From assembly GCA_013239625.1 (NCBI GenBank), contig MU054400.1, forward strand, positions 4,155,802 through 4,219,801: DNA of 64,000 bases. The letters are read 5' to 3'. Origin of the DNA: Lama guanicoe. Lineage: Eukaryota. The translations under genes were made by a program, and so were the position numbers. The notes below the pieces were generated by a model. The model was not told where the DNA came from. It ran no database searches and saw only the letters and a program-made list of their open reading frames with translations. Below are positions 63,576 through 64,000 of this stretch, piece by piece (within the stretch, counting starts at the first letter, position 1; each line of letters opens with the position of its first letter).

Positions 63576-64000
63576 CAAGACACACAGGAGGTTTGAAATG
63601 ATGCTCTGAGTGCCACAAGGTGTTCCAAGAAGGACCACTTCATGAAAAGGGGCAGATTCTGACGGTTTGTATAGATGGTGACAAAAGGGAAAAGTATTCT
63701 GGGGCTGCTGTCATTCTTGGCTTAACAGCTCTTTGCAACCCCAGATTCTTCCATGGAATAATGTCACTAATGGCCTGAGGATGGACAAGGTAACTTTTCT
63801 TTGAATTTGTGATCTAATAAGTGAAAATTTCAGAAAAAAAAATGATACAAATCACATCATATGACTAGATTTATGTTTTTCATTATTCCTTATAAATCAA
63901 ATAATACAAATGGATAATAAACAAATCAAATGTCTCCATTGGGCATGTCTTCTTTCCACCTGGTGGGGACTCAGAGATCCTTGAAAATGCAGAGCAAATC

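Noticed and set aside
1..64000. CRISPR arrays, operons or prokaryotic defence systems
   Set aside because: The sequence is mammalian and repeat-rich; no regularly spaced direct repeats or gene-dense coding structure were seen.

Overview
Mammalian genomic DNA, almost certainly camelid: five copies of a tRNA-derived SINE resembling the camelid Vic-1 family sit among eutherian MIR, L2, L1, MLT/ERV and MER repeats. I see no intact protein-coding gene, RNA gene or CRISPR array, and nearly all entries in the ORF track are chance ORFs or repeat-derived. The main non-repeat signal is a decayed, intron-containing gene on the minus strand. Exon-like segments at 51324-51425, 49208-50726, 44735-45117 and 39829-~39690 have GT/AG-type boundaries whose phases match across three consecutive introns (1/1, 1/1, 0/0), but the frame carries nonsense codons and frameshifts. 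A possible giant upstream exon (~56600-60278) and a possible downstream exon pair (18039-18235, 17795-17895) may belong to it. I could not recognise the parent gene. Other notable items are an L1 3' transduction that carried an MLT1 LTR fragment (5709-6207), a solo ERV1-type LTR, a double overlapping hairpin and several candidate regulatory islands. Repeat family names were assigned by eye from remembered consensus motifs and need RepeatMasker/Dfam confirmation.
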